Source of the DNA: an uncultured Gammaproteobacteria bacterium
GTDB lineage: Bacteria > Patescibacteriota > Patescibacteriia > Magasanikbacterales > UBA922
Length of the DNA stretch: 64,000 nucleotides
Direction: 5' to 3'
NCBI GenBank assembly: GCA_964345045.1
Contig: CAYFPM010000003.1
Span: 6,038-70,037, forward strand
Shown: one piece after another, positions 9,013 through 18,532 of the stretch
Position numbering within the stretch: position 1 is the first letter of the stretch
Layout: the number at the start of each line of letters is the position of its first letter
Program-made: the position numbers and the translations under genes
The notes under the pieces: model-generated
The model's input: only the letters and a program-made list of their open reading frames with translations
Database searches by the model: none
What the model was told of the DNA's origin: nothing

Positions 9013-10392
9013 TTATTTTATAAAAGGACTCCCCACCGCAATTATACCAAATCCGGCTTTTTGCAAATCATCGTACTTGTGTTGCAGCATTCTACGGCCA
9101 TCCATTAACAAAGTATTTGGTTTGGCGTGTTCTATAAGCAAATCTCCCAAACTACGAAATTGTGGCCAGTCGGTGGCTATTATTACTACATCGGCTTCGG
9201 CGATAGCTTCTTTTTCAGAGTTAGTATAAACCATTTTTTCTGACTCTGGAAAATTGTATTTGAAAAAATCCATAGCAGCCGGATCATAAGCTTGAATTTT
9301 TTTCACTCCCGAACCAAGCAAAATCTCGGCGATGTTTAAGCTTGGTGAGTTGCGAGTATCATTGGTATCTCGTTTGAAAGCTAGTCCAACCAAGGCTACG
9401 GTTTTGTCGCCCCACTCTATTCCGGCATCACGACCAGCTCTATCCAAAAAATTTTGCAATTGTCTTTTGTTGGCCCCATATGTTTCGTCTACAATCTCGG
9501 AATTTTTGCCAGCGTCACGCAATTGATGAGATAGGGATCTGGCATCTTTTATAAAACAGCTACCTCCGGCATAAAGACTATCATAAAATCCCCAATTACC
9601 AATTCTTTCATCACCAGTAATTATTTTACGAAGCTGTTCAAAATTTACATCGTCAAAAGCTTCGCTAGTGCGACCAATTACATCAAAACAAACGGCTAGT
9701 TTGTTGAAAAGATAAAAATTGGCCAACAGCTTACCGGCAGCAGATTCTTTTGGGTTTACTTCTAGATATTTTACAGTAGCCGAACTATAGAATCTGTCGT
9801 ATACGCCTCGCATTATGGCAAAATCTTTTTCACTCCAAGCTCCTACTACTACTCTGTCGGGACGAATGGAACCTTCTATAGCTTTGCCCTCTACCAAAAA
9901 TTCTGGGTTAGAAACTACACCATAATTTTTTACCCCCGCTTCGTCCATAATTTTGGCAGTTTGATCTACCATATCTATGGGCACGGTGCTTTTGTTTACT
10001 AGTACTACGTATTTTTCTTGGCTCCCATTATTTCTTTCTTTCAAAACTGTGGCCAATTGTTCGGCGGCTTTGTGATAGTATTCCAAATTGCTTTCGCCTG
10101 TCTCTCCAATTTCTGGAGTTGGCAAACACATAAAAATAGCATCAACATTGTCTAAAAAGGCTGTTACTTCCGAATAATCGGTAGTAAAACTAATGCGATC
10201 TTTGTGTCTTTGGAGTAGCTCTGCCAAACCTTCTTCGTAGATTACAGAATCTATTTGGTTTTTATCTCCCGAGCCTAATTTTTTTATTTTGTTTTCGTCT
10301 ATATCAAAAACCAAAGTAGTGTGTCCACTATCTGCAGACACAGCTGCCGAACAAGCGCCTACAAAACCAGATCCAATATATAAAATATTCAT
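9013..10392 (-). CDS. ugd: UDP-glucose 6-dehydrogenase
   Basis: MNILYIGSGFVGACSA N-terminal NAD fold and UDP-glucose/GDP-mannose dehydrogenase family length. The ORF in the track is extended upstream to 10566, but the ATG at 10392 matches the family N-terminus. Confidence 0.8.
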   Translation of the reverse strand: MNILYIGSGFVGACSAAVSADSGHTTLVFDIDENKIKKLGSGDKNQIDSVIYEEGLAELLQRHKDRISFTTDYSEVTAFLDNVDAIFMCLPTPEIGETGESNLEYYHKAAEQLATVLKERNNGSQEKYVVLVNKSTVPIDMVDQTAKIMDEAGVKNYGVVSNPEFLVEGKAIEGSIRPDRVVVGAWSEKDFAIMRGVYDRFYSSATVKYLEVNPKESAAGKLLANFYLFNKLAVCFDVIGRTSEAFDDVNFEQLRKIITGDERIGNWGFYDSLYAGGSCFIKDARSLSHQLRDAGKNSEIVDETYGANKRQLQNFLDRAGRDAGIEWGDKTVALVGLAFKRDTNDTRNSPSLNIAEILLGSGVKKIQAYDPAAMDFFKYNFPESEKMVYTNSEKEAIAEADVVIIATDWPQFRSLGDLLIEHAKPNTLLMDGRRMLQHKYDDLQKAGFGIIAVGSPFIK

Positions 10393-10750
10393 AATATAAA
10401 TGCTTGAAATGCCAAAAAAGCTAGAGAGGCTTTTAAGGCTTTTATGGGGGATACTATAGCAATTTGGATGTTTATTTTCAAGGGTTTTTGATAAATAGTT
10501 CTTGGTTCTTAGTTCAAAGTTATTAGTTAAGAGTACAGCTAAAATAATGCTAATTAGAAATTGCAACGGTCTCTGCCTTCGCTAGATTCACTATTACATA
10601 TTGCCAACTGCCTATACCCCAAAAAAACACGAAGGCCGGGCTGCTTTTTGCAACTCGGCCGGGCAGATACTGCCTTTCTCAGCATCTGCGCGTTTACCCA
10701 CTCACCTATGTCTACATCCGTTTTCACTATTTGCCCCTCCCAGAGCATGT

Positions 10751-11419
10751 TTACTCGTTGTCGTCTCCACCCAAAACCTCTACAAGTGGCACATCGCGAA
10801 CAGTGTCGGCCACTTGTACATCTAGTATCTCCGGGACTCCCGGGTCGGTCTGCACATCTGCCTCAAATGGCGGATGCAGCTCCTCGAGCCGACGACCTGG
10901 GACTGTATCCTTGTTCGCAGTCATTCTCCTCTGGGTTCTTCGGCTGGCACTGGCTAGCGGCCCTGGGTGCCGCTGGTCTGGCTCGGTGGTGCGCCTGGCT
11001 TGCCTAATTAGGAATTGAGCCAATTCTTCGTCTATGTCTGGGTCAAACCCTAGGCCCTCTCTATGGGGGGCTGGCGGGGCGACCAAACCAGGTGGTGCTT
11101 TGGCTTCTTCCATGTCACTTAGGATCTTGCCTAGCTCTGGAGCCGGGACAATATCTACAGGAGTGACCTCGCGCAAGTAGGGCGGCAAGCTGCTAGACTC
11201 TCTGGGCTGAGCCGGCATAGCCAAACCTTTGGCTAACTCTTGGGGCGAACTTGCATTCGCCCTGCCGACCATAGCCAGCGAGGTAAGCGCTGCCAAGAGA
11301 GCAACAACAGCTGTACCAATCAGGCTTTGTCGGCGAGATAGTACGCCGAGGAACCCTAGGGAAAGTATGGTGGCCAAAGCCACCAGTGTGGGTAACACTA
11401 GGAAACGCAATCTTTTCAA
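10751..11419 (-). CDS. GC-rich membrane-anchored proline-rich protein (unknown function)
   Basis: TTG start preceded by AAGGGAAG. Two N-terminal TM helices, then a Pro/acidic low-complexity tail. GC-rich codon usage unlike flanks. Confidence 0.45.
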   Translation of the reverse strand: MKRLRFLVLPTLVALATILSLGFLGVLSRRQSLIGTAVVALLAALTSLAMVGRANASSPQELAKGLAMPAQPRESSSLPPYLREVTPVDIVPAPELGKILSDMEEAKAPPGLVAPPAPHREGLGFDPDIDEELAQFLIRQARRTTEPDQRHPGPLASASRRTQRRMTANKDTVPGRRLEELHPPFEADVQTDPGVPEILDVQVADTVRDVPLVEVLGGDDNE

Positions 11420-11652
11420 AACGCTTCCCTTCCTTTCTCCACCATTTCGGTGGCCTAGGTATTCTTTGGCAAAAATAGCTAGGAGACAGAAATGGTGTGA
11501 ATTGTTACCTATTTTCAGTATGGCTTTATTTTTTCTTTTTTGTCAAGAGCTTTGGGCCAAAATATTGACTTTTGGCTAATTTTAGTGTAGGTTTCAAATA
11601 ATCTAGTTTGAGTAAAAAAGCTCAAACAGAAAGCTCTTTTGAGAGGTAAAAA

Positions 11653-12885
11653 GTGAAACTTACCATCACCAACCCCGACCACGCCTCCTACATCACCAGC
11701 CTCGACAACCAAAGATTCGCCGATGTACTCGTGGGAGAAGCCCCGAACATTCACTTCAACGATGGCAGGGCGGACAACCCGGTCATGCAGCTGTTGTGGA
11801 CAGATCCCCAGACTATCGTAGATATCTGCACCCTGGCCCTGCCCAAGGCAGAGCAAATGGAGACGTCCACCCACGTGAAACAAGAACGCCAGGCCGCCAT
11901 CTATGTATTGATGGTCGATGCATATCGGCGACTGTGGCAAGCAGAAACCTCTACTTCTAGGAAGATGTCTCTAGATGCGCAAGTCGCAGATATCTTCGAA
12001 AAAGCTCAGAGCCTGGTCGAGAAACTCGAGGAACACGATGTTGACAGAGCCAATAGGCTCACCGGATCTATGAATCACAACCGTATCCAGATGCTGGTTT
12101 CTACCGGCAAATACCTAGATGCTACCAAGCTCCACGACGAAAACGCTCGCCTCGCAAGAGAAGTGAATGATTTCCCCACCTTCGACCGAGAAGAACTTCG
12201 TGCCGCCGTACACGCCGCCAATCACCAACTGTGTTTTGGTGATCGCAGCGATATGGTCGGAGACCCAGACAGGTTGATAGATTGGGACTTGGCCGTACGC
12301 CAGGCTCAAGAGACAGCTCTGCATGTTGCAAGTCAATATGCAGACCAAGAAGAACACATCGCCATGGCCATCGAGGCACTTCTCTACGCTATTCGAATGG
12401 ACTGGTTGTCTAGGAGTGATCGCGACAACACGGCCTATATCCAACAAATCTCCGCCATGATGAGCGGGAACGAAGGCTTGCAAAAAGCCTTTGGCTGGAT
12501 GCACACGATCCTGGGGGCAGCCCAACTCATTCATTCCTTCAAGAATTGGGGGGAGGAGGTAATCGTTGAAGCCGAAAAAGCCATCGCCAGAATGAAGGAA
12601 ATCGGGGACAACGAAGATATCCCCATGCCCTACCGCACCGAAGCCATGCTCTGTATGGCGCAGCTGTCCAGCGCTCTAGGCCATTTCATCAGCCAAAACA
12701 GGTTCGGTTCCCATGGAGGCGCAACCATCCCCCAGTACCCGGACAGAATGCGGGCAGCCTACGAAGAAGCTGCCTCTATCCTACAGAAGCTCCAGAACCT
12801 GCAAGGTAGCCTGGCCTGGAAGGACGTAGCCACTATCATGGACAAGAGGCACCTCCCCAACGTACTCAAGTATTGCGCGGGATAA
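11653..12885 (+). CDS. GC-rich hypothetical alpha-helical protein (410 aa, no recognisable domain)
   Basis: GTG start preceded by GAGAGG. Long uninterrupted ORF in a GC-rich island, divergent from 10751..11419 across an AT-rich 230-bp spacer. Confidence 0.5.
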   Translation: MKLTITNPDHASYITSLDNQRFADVLVGEAPNIHFNDGRADNPVMQLLWTDPQTIVDICTLALPKAEQMETSTHVKQERQAAIYVLMVDAYRRLWQAETSTSRKMSLDAQVADIFEKAQSLVEKLEEHDVDRANRLTGSMNHNRIQMLVSTGKYLDATKLHDENARLAREVNDFPTFDREELRAAVHAANHQLCFGDRSDMVGDPDRLIDWDLAVRQAQETALHVASQYADQEEHIAMAIEALLYAIRMDWLSRSDRDNTAYIQQISAMMSGNEGLQKAFGWMHTILGAAQLIHSFKNWGEEVIVEAEKAIARMKEIGDNEDIPMPYRTEAMLCMAQLSSALGHFISQNRFGSHGGATIPQYPDRMRAAYEEAASILQKLQNLQGSLAWKDVATIMDKRHLPNVLKYCAG

Positions 12886-12993
12886 CATCAAAAAAGCAAC
12901 CTACCTCTCAACCGTTCTAAAGTTTAATTAGATTTAAATTTTTAGACCGGCCCCCTTCCCTTTGTTTATAAAAAATTTGTAACCAAAGGAAAA

Positions 12994-13026
12994 CAAAAAA
13001 CTACTGATATGTTCAGTAGTTTTTTG
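12994..13026. terminator. A-tract/hairpin/T-tract terminator (AAAAAACTACTGAtatgtTCAGTAGTTTTTTG)
   Basis: 8-bp stem, 5-nt loop, T6 run, about 110 nt after the stop of 11653..12885. Confidence 0.5.
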
Positions 13027-13034
13027 TTAGTAAA

Positions 13035-13207
13035 GTCATCCTGAGCGGAGTGAGTCTGAAAGACGAACACAGTCGATCCGATGCTTGCGATACGGATTCT
13101 CCGACGCAAGGTACGGAGTCCGTATTGAAACATCGGACCGTACTGTAAACGTCGGAAAGGATCCCGGTTGAAGTCCAAAGAGATTCTTCGCTAACGCTCA
13201 GAATGAC
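13035..13207. repeat. about 173-bp MITE-like element with GTCATCCTGAGCG / CGCTCAGAATGAC termini
   Basis: Terminal inverted repeats plus a highly self-complementary core (ccgatg...catcgg, atacgga...tccgtat). The core is the reverse complement of the core at 14023..14194. Confidence 0.55.
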
Positions 13208-13245
13208 TATAACTAATCAATCAGATTCTCACTACAACCTACCCC

Positions 13246-14016
13246 CTACTCACTAACAACATTCTTCGGATCTTCTCCCAAAGATTTGGTATAACCTTCG
13301 TTTCTGGTGTGGTGAGCATTGATCCCCTGCCATTCCGGATGAGCCAAACAAATACTAAGAACTTCGTTAAGTCCATAAAAACCACCTCGGGCTTCACAAC
13401 TTTCAATCAATAATCGCAAAAATTCAAAATCTTCCGGAGTATCCAAAGTCCAACGATGATTAGAAAAATCTTCTGTATTGGCTATATTAAAAAGTTTAAA
13501 CTTGTCCGGATGCTTCCAGATATAAGGCATTACGTGTTCACGCTCGGAATTAAGCTTGGCTTCTTTCCAAGCTTTTTCGAGGGCTGCAAAAGAAACCACC
13601 TCTGTATCAAGTCCATCTGGAAAAGTTGGTGGCTGAGTGTTTGATACATAATCATACTCCCCATCCAAAAAAGCTTGAATAACTCTATCTGTAACTTGCG
13701 GATCAAGCACCGGGCAATCTCCTGTAACACGCACAATTACATCGGCCTTGGACTGAATAGCAGCATGATAATATCTATCTAGCACATCTACCTCACTACC
13801 TCTATAATGTGGAATTCCTTTTTCTACTGCCCAATCGGCCAAAACATCGTCGGCATGGCTGGTAGTAGTAGCCAACCAAACATCATTTGCCAATCGAGAC
13901 ATTCTAGCTCTTTCTATCACGCGCTCTACTATGGGTTTGCCGGCTATGTCCATCATCATCTTACCTGGCAATCTGGTAGAGCCCATCCTGGCTTGAATTA
14001 TAATTACAACTTTCAT
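13246..14016 (-). CDS. CMP-nonulosonate cytidylyltransferase (NeuA/PseF/LegF, CTP_transf_3 family)
   Basis: MKVVIIIQARMGSTRLPGKMM N-terminal acylneuraminate cytidylyltransferase signature. Confidence 0.75.
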   Translation of the reverse strand: MKVVIIIQARMGSTRLPGKMMMDIAGKPIVERVIERARMSRLANDVWLATTTSHADDVLADWAVEKGIPHYRGSEVDVLDRYYHAAIQSKADVIVRVTGDCPVLDPQVTDRVIQAFLDGEYDYVSNTQPPTFPDGLDTEVVSFAALEKAWKEAKLNSEREHVMPYIWKHPDKFKLFNIANTEDFSNHRWTLDTPEDFEFLRLLIESCEARGGFYGLNEVLSICLAHPEWQGINAHHTRNEGYTKSLGEDPKNVVSE

Positions 14017-14022
14017 AAAAAA

Positions 14023-14194
14023 TTAATAAACAGTCATCCTGAGTCGCAGGTGAAGGATCCCAGTGGAAGTCCAAAGAGACCCTTTCCGACGTTTACAGTA
14101 CGGTCCGATGTTTCAATACGGACTCCGTACCTTGCGTCGGAGAATCCGTATTGCAAGCATCGGATCGACTTCGCTGTGCTTCGCTCAGGATGAC
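14023..14194. repeat. about 172-bp MITE-like element, inverted copy of 13035..13207
   Basis: GTCATCCTGAGTCGCAG ... CTTCGCTCAGGATGAC termini. The core ccgacgtttacagtacggtccgatgtttcaatacggactccgtaccttgcgtcggagaatccgtat matches the reverse complement of the 13035 copy almost exactly. Confidence 0.55.
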
Positions 14195-14195
14195 T

Positions 14196-15509
14196 CTAGG
14201 TTAGACGTTTAAACCCACTATGAGCCACAGGGCCTTCCAGCATTTCTTCTACTTTATTATTTTCAATCGCATCTTTCAAGAGGGCAAATACTTTGTCGAC
14301 TGTATCTAAAAATTTCTTTACGTGTTCTTCTTTGTGAGCATAACTAACATATACCGAGGCCGAAGCTAGTATGCCGCGTTTCAACATTTCTTGGGTATAA
14401 AGAGTTCTTATCTCTTGTCTGTTTTCATAATCAAAAAGAAACGTTACCAAAGCCGGTGGCCCCATAGTAGTAATTTTTAGACCATGTTTTTCGGCAAGTT
14501 TGTCCCAACCTTCCCAAATCATATTACCAATTTTTTCAATATGTTCTGGCACATTTTCTTTTTCTAATTTTTTTATAGTGGCAAGGGCCGCTACTGGGCC
14601 AATACGTTCGGTCCAATAAGTACTGCTAATAAAAGTATTTTGTGAAGCATCCATCACCTCGCTATTACCAATTACAGCCGACATAGGGAAACCATTGCTC
14701 ATACCTTTGGCAAAAACAGCTATGTCTGGTTCGACTCCATAAACTATATGCATTCCTCCTACATTTTTGCGCCAAGCAGAAGTTACTTCGTCAAAAATCA
14801 AAACAGCTCCAATTTTGTCTGCAATCTGTCGCACCTTTTGTAAGAAATCATTTTCTGGTTCATTGTGACGCACTGGCTCCATTACAATCACCCCAATATC
14901 ATTATTTTCTTTTACAATTTCTTCTAATTGTTCGATCTTATTATATTCAAAAGGTACTGCCGAACCATGTAATCCACGTACCACGCCTTTTGGTTCGAGC
15001 CCCGGGATAAGATGTCCGTCCAGGTTACTGTCGGAGGCTAGATTACTAGCCAAGTACCAATCATGCCAACCATGATAACCACAAAAAGCCACAGTACCTT
15101 TGCCACTTTTGGCTCGACCAATACGCACGGCAATAGACAAAGCTTCACCACCAGTTCTGGCATAGCGCACCATACTAGCCCAGGGGTGCAGTTCAATTAG
15201 CTTTTCGGCTAGGTCTACTTCTTCCGGGCAGTTAAGAGTTGTCATACTTCCCCGCTCTATCGCATCTACCACAGCCGCATTTACATCTGGATCGGCATAG
15301 CCCAGCACACAAGACCCAATCCCCATGTAAGACATGTCCATATAAGTATTACCATCCATATCTGTTACTTCACAACCTTTGGCATCGGTGTAGTAAGCTG
15401 GCCACTGGTCTGGCAAAAACATTTCTGCTCGTTTGGACAAAAGTTGTGATCCTCCCGGCAAAATCTTTTTGGCTTCTTGCCAACGTTTTAGGGTTTTTTC
15501 TCTACTCAT
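14196..15509 (-). CDS. class III PLP aminotransferase (glutamate-1-semialdehyde aminomutase-like)
   Basis: GSA-AT-like length and motifs (YTDAKGCEVTDMDGNTYMD; FDEVTSAWR). Confidence 0.8.
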   Translation of the reverse strand: MSREKTLKRWQEAKKILPGGSQLLSKRAEMFLPDQWPAYYTDAKGCEVTDMDGNTYMDMSYMGIGSCVLGYADPDVNAAVVDAIERGSMTTLNCPEEVDLAEKLIELHPWASMVRYARTGGEALSIAVRIGRAKSGKGTVAFCGYHGWHDWYLASNLASDSNLDGHLIPGLEPKGVVRGLHGSAVPFEYNKIEQLEEIVKENNDIGVIVMEPVRHNEPENDFLQKVRQIADKIGAVLIFDEVTSAWRKNVGGMHIVYGVEPDIAVFAKGMSNGFPMSAVIGNSEVMDASQNTFISSTYWTERIGPVAALATIKKLEKENVPEHIEKIGNMIWEGWDKLAEKHGLKITTMGPPALVTFLFDYENRQEIRTLYTQEMLKRGILASASVYVSYAHKEEHVKKFLDTVDKVFALLKDAIENNKVEEMLEGPVAHSGFKRLT

Positions 15510-15516
15510 AAAAAAA

Positions 15517-16506
15517 TTATAAATTTACAAATTTATTACTCTCACTAGATTCTTTGGCAGCACAAATAAGTTTTAAAACTTCTGCCCCTTTTCTTACTGG
15601 AGTTTGTGTTTCTTTTCTATTTTCCACACACTGCAAAAATTCTTTGGTTTGAGATATATACATATCATTCAAATCATAATTTTCCGGCAATGCAAAAATT
15701 TTTTCGTCTTCATCTTTGATTTTCAAAACAATACTCTTTTTGTTGGTATCCCAAATCATAGTGCCATTTTCGCCAAAAAATTCAAAATTACGTTGGTAAA
15801 ATCTTTGCAAATAATCCAAATGAATTTCTCCAATTGCTCCATTTTCAAATTTTAATAAAACCTCGGCCACGTCTTCGGTATCTACTGTTACTTGTCCAAC
15901 TCTATCGGCCATACAAGCCACTTGATTAACTTTTCCCAAAAACCAAGTTAGATAATCAAATTCGTGTGAATCAAGCAAAACTCCTCCCCCTAATTTTTTG
16001 TTGGCACTATAACCTTGTTTGTGATCTTCCCATGGATGCCAATCTGGTAAGTACTGCCCAAACTGACAACGCGCCGACAAAATTTTTCCAAGTACATTGC
16101 TATCCAAAACCTCTTTCATTTTTTTAAAAAGTGGATAGTACTTCCAGTTGCTGCCCACCATGCTGATTACTTTTTTACTCTCCACCAATTCAATTAGTTT
16201 ATCAACATTGTCCAAATTGTGAGACAATGGTTTTTCTACAAAAACATCAGAATCATTTTCTACACAAAAAATTGCTTGCTCTGTATGAAATCGAGAGGGA
16301 GAACAAACAAAAGCAATGTCATAGTTATTACTTTTGTAAGCATCTTCCAAAGATGACGCAGTTTTTACAGAAAATTCTTTTTCTATATCTCCTCTTCTGT
16401 CTGGATTGGTCTCTACAACTGTAAGGTTCTTTTCTCCCAAACTCAAAAGATTGCGCAAGTGTCTTTTGCCAATAGAACCTCCACCAATTATTAAAATTTT
16501 TTTCAT
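15517..16506 (-). CDS. Gfo/Idh/MocA family NAD(P) oxidoreductase
   Basis: MKKILIIGGGSIGKRHLRNL Rossmann N-terminus, 329 aa. Confidence 0.8.
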   Translation of the reverse strand: MKKILIIGGGSIGKRHLRNLLSLGEKNLTVVETNPDRRGDIEKEFSVKTASSLEDAYKSNNYDIAFVCSPSRFHTEQAIFCVENDSDVFVEKPLSHNLDNVDKLIELVESKKVISMVGSNWKYYPLFKKMKEVLDSNVLGKILSARCQFGQYLPDWHPWEDHKQGYSANKKLGGGVLLDSHEFDYLTWFLGKVNQVACMADRVGQVTVDTEDVAEVLLKFENGAIGEIHLDYLQRFYQRNFEFFGENGTMIWDTNKKSIVLKIKDEDEKIFALPENYDLNDMYISQTKEFLQCVENRKETQTPVRKGAEVLKLICAAKESSESNKFVNL

Positions 16507-16599
16507 AGTGTGTTAAAAGGCTAGAAAGGCTGAAGAAGCTTTAGAGGCTAGACAAAGGTTTTCAAAGGTTTTCAAACCTCTCCAGCCTTTCTAGCTTCT

Positions 16600-17028
16600 T
16601 TAGCTTTTAAAATATTCTTCGTATTCTTCTTTACCATAAGTATCTGGCTTTTCTGGATCAAAAACAGTTGAACGATACTCTACAAAGCTTACATCTGTCA
16701 AAGCTTTCATTTCGTGCCAAATACCTGGTTCAATTGTTAGCATATCCCCTTCTTCCAATCGGACTGTGATCTCTTCTCCTGTTTTACCGTTTTTAGCATA
16801 AAGTTCCGTCTTACCGGAAATCAAAAAGAAAAGTTCTGGATTTTTGGAAGGGTCATCTCCTTTGTGAAAATGACCTGCAAAAGAAACCCCGGCTTTTCTA
16901 GTATAGGCAGAGACTTGTAGACCAGACAAACCCTGAAAAACTTGATAGGTGTTGCCCCGCGGATCGCCTGGTTTTACGGGTTCTATTTTTTTTATTTCTA
17001 CACCTTTCATATTAGTTTTCTTTTTCAA
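16600..17028 (-). CDS. cupin-fold protein (WxcM/FdtA-like sugar ketoisomerase candidate)
   Basis: 142 aa with a cupin His cluster (FAGHFHKGDD ... WHEM), adjacent to a formyltransferase as in formamido-sugar pathways. Confidence 0.45.
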   Translation of the reverse strand: MKKKTNMKGVEIKKIEPVKPGDPRGNTYQVFQGLSGLQVSAYTRKAGVSFAGHFHKGDDPSKNPELFFLISGKTELYAKNGKTGEEITVRLEEGDMLTIEPGIWHEMKALTDVSFVEYRSTVFDPEKPDTYGKEEYEEYFKS

Positions 17029-17659
17029 TTTTTAAAATATACTTCTTACCATTTAGCTCAAAAAAGGCTGGATATTTTTCGTTATCTACCACCCGCAAAA
17101 GATTAAACTGTTCGGCAATTGTTTTGTTTGGATCAAGTTCACTGTCTTTTGCGCTTCTTTTTTTGTAAAAACTTTCTTCTCCAGATTGTTCTTGCCCCTC
17201 TACATCTGGATAAGCTTGCACAAACTGCACAATCAATTCATTAATTTTTTCGCCCTGCACTTGGTGCAACTCCTCCAGCAATTCATGTCCTTTAAACTGC
17301 ATTTTATTTTGCATAAAAATTTGTCCGGCATCTACAGCGTCTTCGGCTTCAAAAAGTGTATTTACCACTTCGTTTTTTCCTTCTAGGATTGTCCAAGTTA
17401 ATGGTGACCAACCTTTGCCAGCTGGCAAGTTGCTAGAGTGAACTACCAAACTAAGTTTGTTTCTATCTCTTACATCTTTTTTTATTAATTTTTCACAACT
17501 AAGAAAAAAAGCCAAATCACCTGTAGTAACTTCGTCAACAGTATGAACCAACAAAACCTCGTTTCCTAAATCTTGCAAATCTTTTTGCAATTTTTGAGCG
17601 TGCTTATAAAACCAACTCTTTGGATTGTCCATTAAAAGTGTTATTTTCATAAAATTCAC
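17012..17659 (-). CDS. formyltransferase-domain protein (sugar N-formyltransferase candidate)
   Basis: HSSNLPAGKGWSPLTWTILEG resembles the Met-tRNA formyltransferase / ArnA-type catalytic region. Confidence 0.6.
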   Translation of the reverse strand: MNFMKITLLMDNPKSWFYKHAQKLQKDLQDLGNEVLLVHTVDEVTTGDLAFFLSCEKLIKKDVRDRNKLSLVVHSSNLPAGKGWSPLTWTILEGKNEVVNTLFEAEDAVDAGQIFMQNKMQFKGHELLEELHQVQGEKINELIVQFVQAYPDVEGQEQSGEESFYKKRSAKDSELDPNKTIAEQFNLLRVVDNEKYPAFFELNGKKYILKIEKEN

Positions 17660-17760
17660 TAGATCATTAAATCATGAAAGCTTAAAAACAAATAATAAAC
17701 TTTGTTTTCTTACTTTATTGTCACCTTCTGGGTGATCAGCCGAAGGCTGGCTTTTTTGTT

Positions 17761-18531
17761 TTATTGTTTTATTGTTTTAAAATACTCTATATTCTTAATA
17801 TCATTTTCCAGTCCTTTGCCAGATTTTGGAGTTTCAAAAGCCAAATAAACCACTTTGTCTTTTGCATATTCTTCTATAGTCTCTCGTATCCATTTTACAT
17901 CAAATTCTGCTTCCCACAAATCTAGGTGCTGGTCAATAGGACTACGCAAATCACAACCGGAGATATGCATATATTCTGGTTCTATCTCCCCCAAAATCTC
18001 TAACAAAAATTCTTTATACGGTTTATCGTGATAAACTGCCGCTTTTATACTTTTGCAGATGTCCAAACAAATCTTTTTTTGTTTACTAATTTCTATAATA
18101 TCGTCTATATTAGTTCCAAATTTTCTATTTTCTCCACCAAGCGGACTAATCACCGGCATGGTTTCTATAATTATTCTTTCATCATTTAGTTTTTTTAAAT
18201 TCTCCCAAAAGCTTCCTGGATTATGATTATTTGCCGGATGAACCACGATTCTAGGAGCTTCAAAAAAATCAGTCAATTCCCTAGTCATTTGCCAAGCAGG
18301 TTCTTGTTCTTTGGTTAGAAAAAAATCATGAAAACCAGCCTTGTCCAAATGACCAATATGAGTTGCTAAAACCGGTATTTGTTTCAATTTTTCCAATGCC
18401 AAATAATCATGAGCTACTTCGCTATTACTATAAATTTCTACAAAATCAAATTCTTCTCGCTTGTGACGCTCTACGGCTTCTTCAAACCAATCTGTATTAT
18501 TCGACCAAATTTTTAAACCATATTTAATCAT
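17761..18531 (-). CDS. hypothetical protein, possibly xylose-isomerase-like TIM barrel
   Basis: 256 aa, no strong motif recognised; weak resemblance to sugar phosphate isomerase/epimerase proteins. Confidence 0.3.
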   Translation of the reverse strand: MIKYGLKIWSNNTDWFEEAVERHKREEFDFVEIYSNSEVAHDYLALEKLKQIPVLATHIGHLDKAGFHDFFLTKEQEPAWQMTRELTDFFEAPRIVVHPANNHNPGSFWENLKKLNDERIIIETMPVISPLGGENRKFGTNIDDIIEISKQKKICLDICKSIKAAVYHDKPYKEFLLEILGEIEPEYMHISGCDLRSPIDQHLDLWEAEFDVKWIRETIEEYAKDKVVYLAFETPKSGKGLENDIKNIEYFKTIKQ

Positions 18532-18532
18532 A

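Noticed and set aside
9013-10566. 517-aa extended version of the ugd ORF
   Set aside because: The extra 58 N-terminal residues are hydrophobic and precede the canonical GSGFVG N-terminus; the ATG at 10392 gives a normal-length Ugd.
10554-11940. Overlapping ORFs in island B (10561..11007 +, 10731..11018 +, 11229..11579 +, 11515..11940 -)
   Set aside because: Shadow frames of the two GC-rich genes or crossing the AT-rich spacer; low-complexity translations.
12966-14193. ORFs 12966..13178 (-) and 13807..14193 (+)
   Set aside because: They lie inside or over the MITE-like repeats and the cytidylyltransferase gene; the repeat structure explains the sequence better than coding.
17728-17756. Hairpin CAGCCgaagGCTGG + T-run as terminator for the neighbouring minus-strand genes
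   Set aside because: The U-run is on the plus strand while both flanking genes are minus-strand; at best a weak bidirectional element, not listed as a feature.
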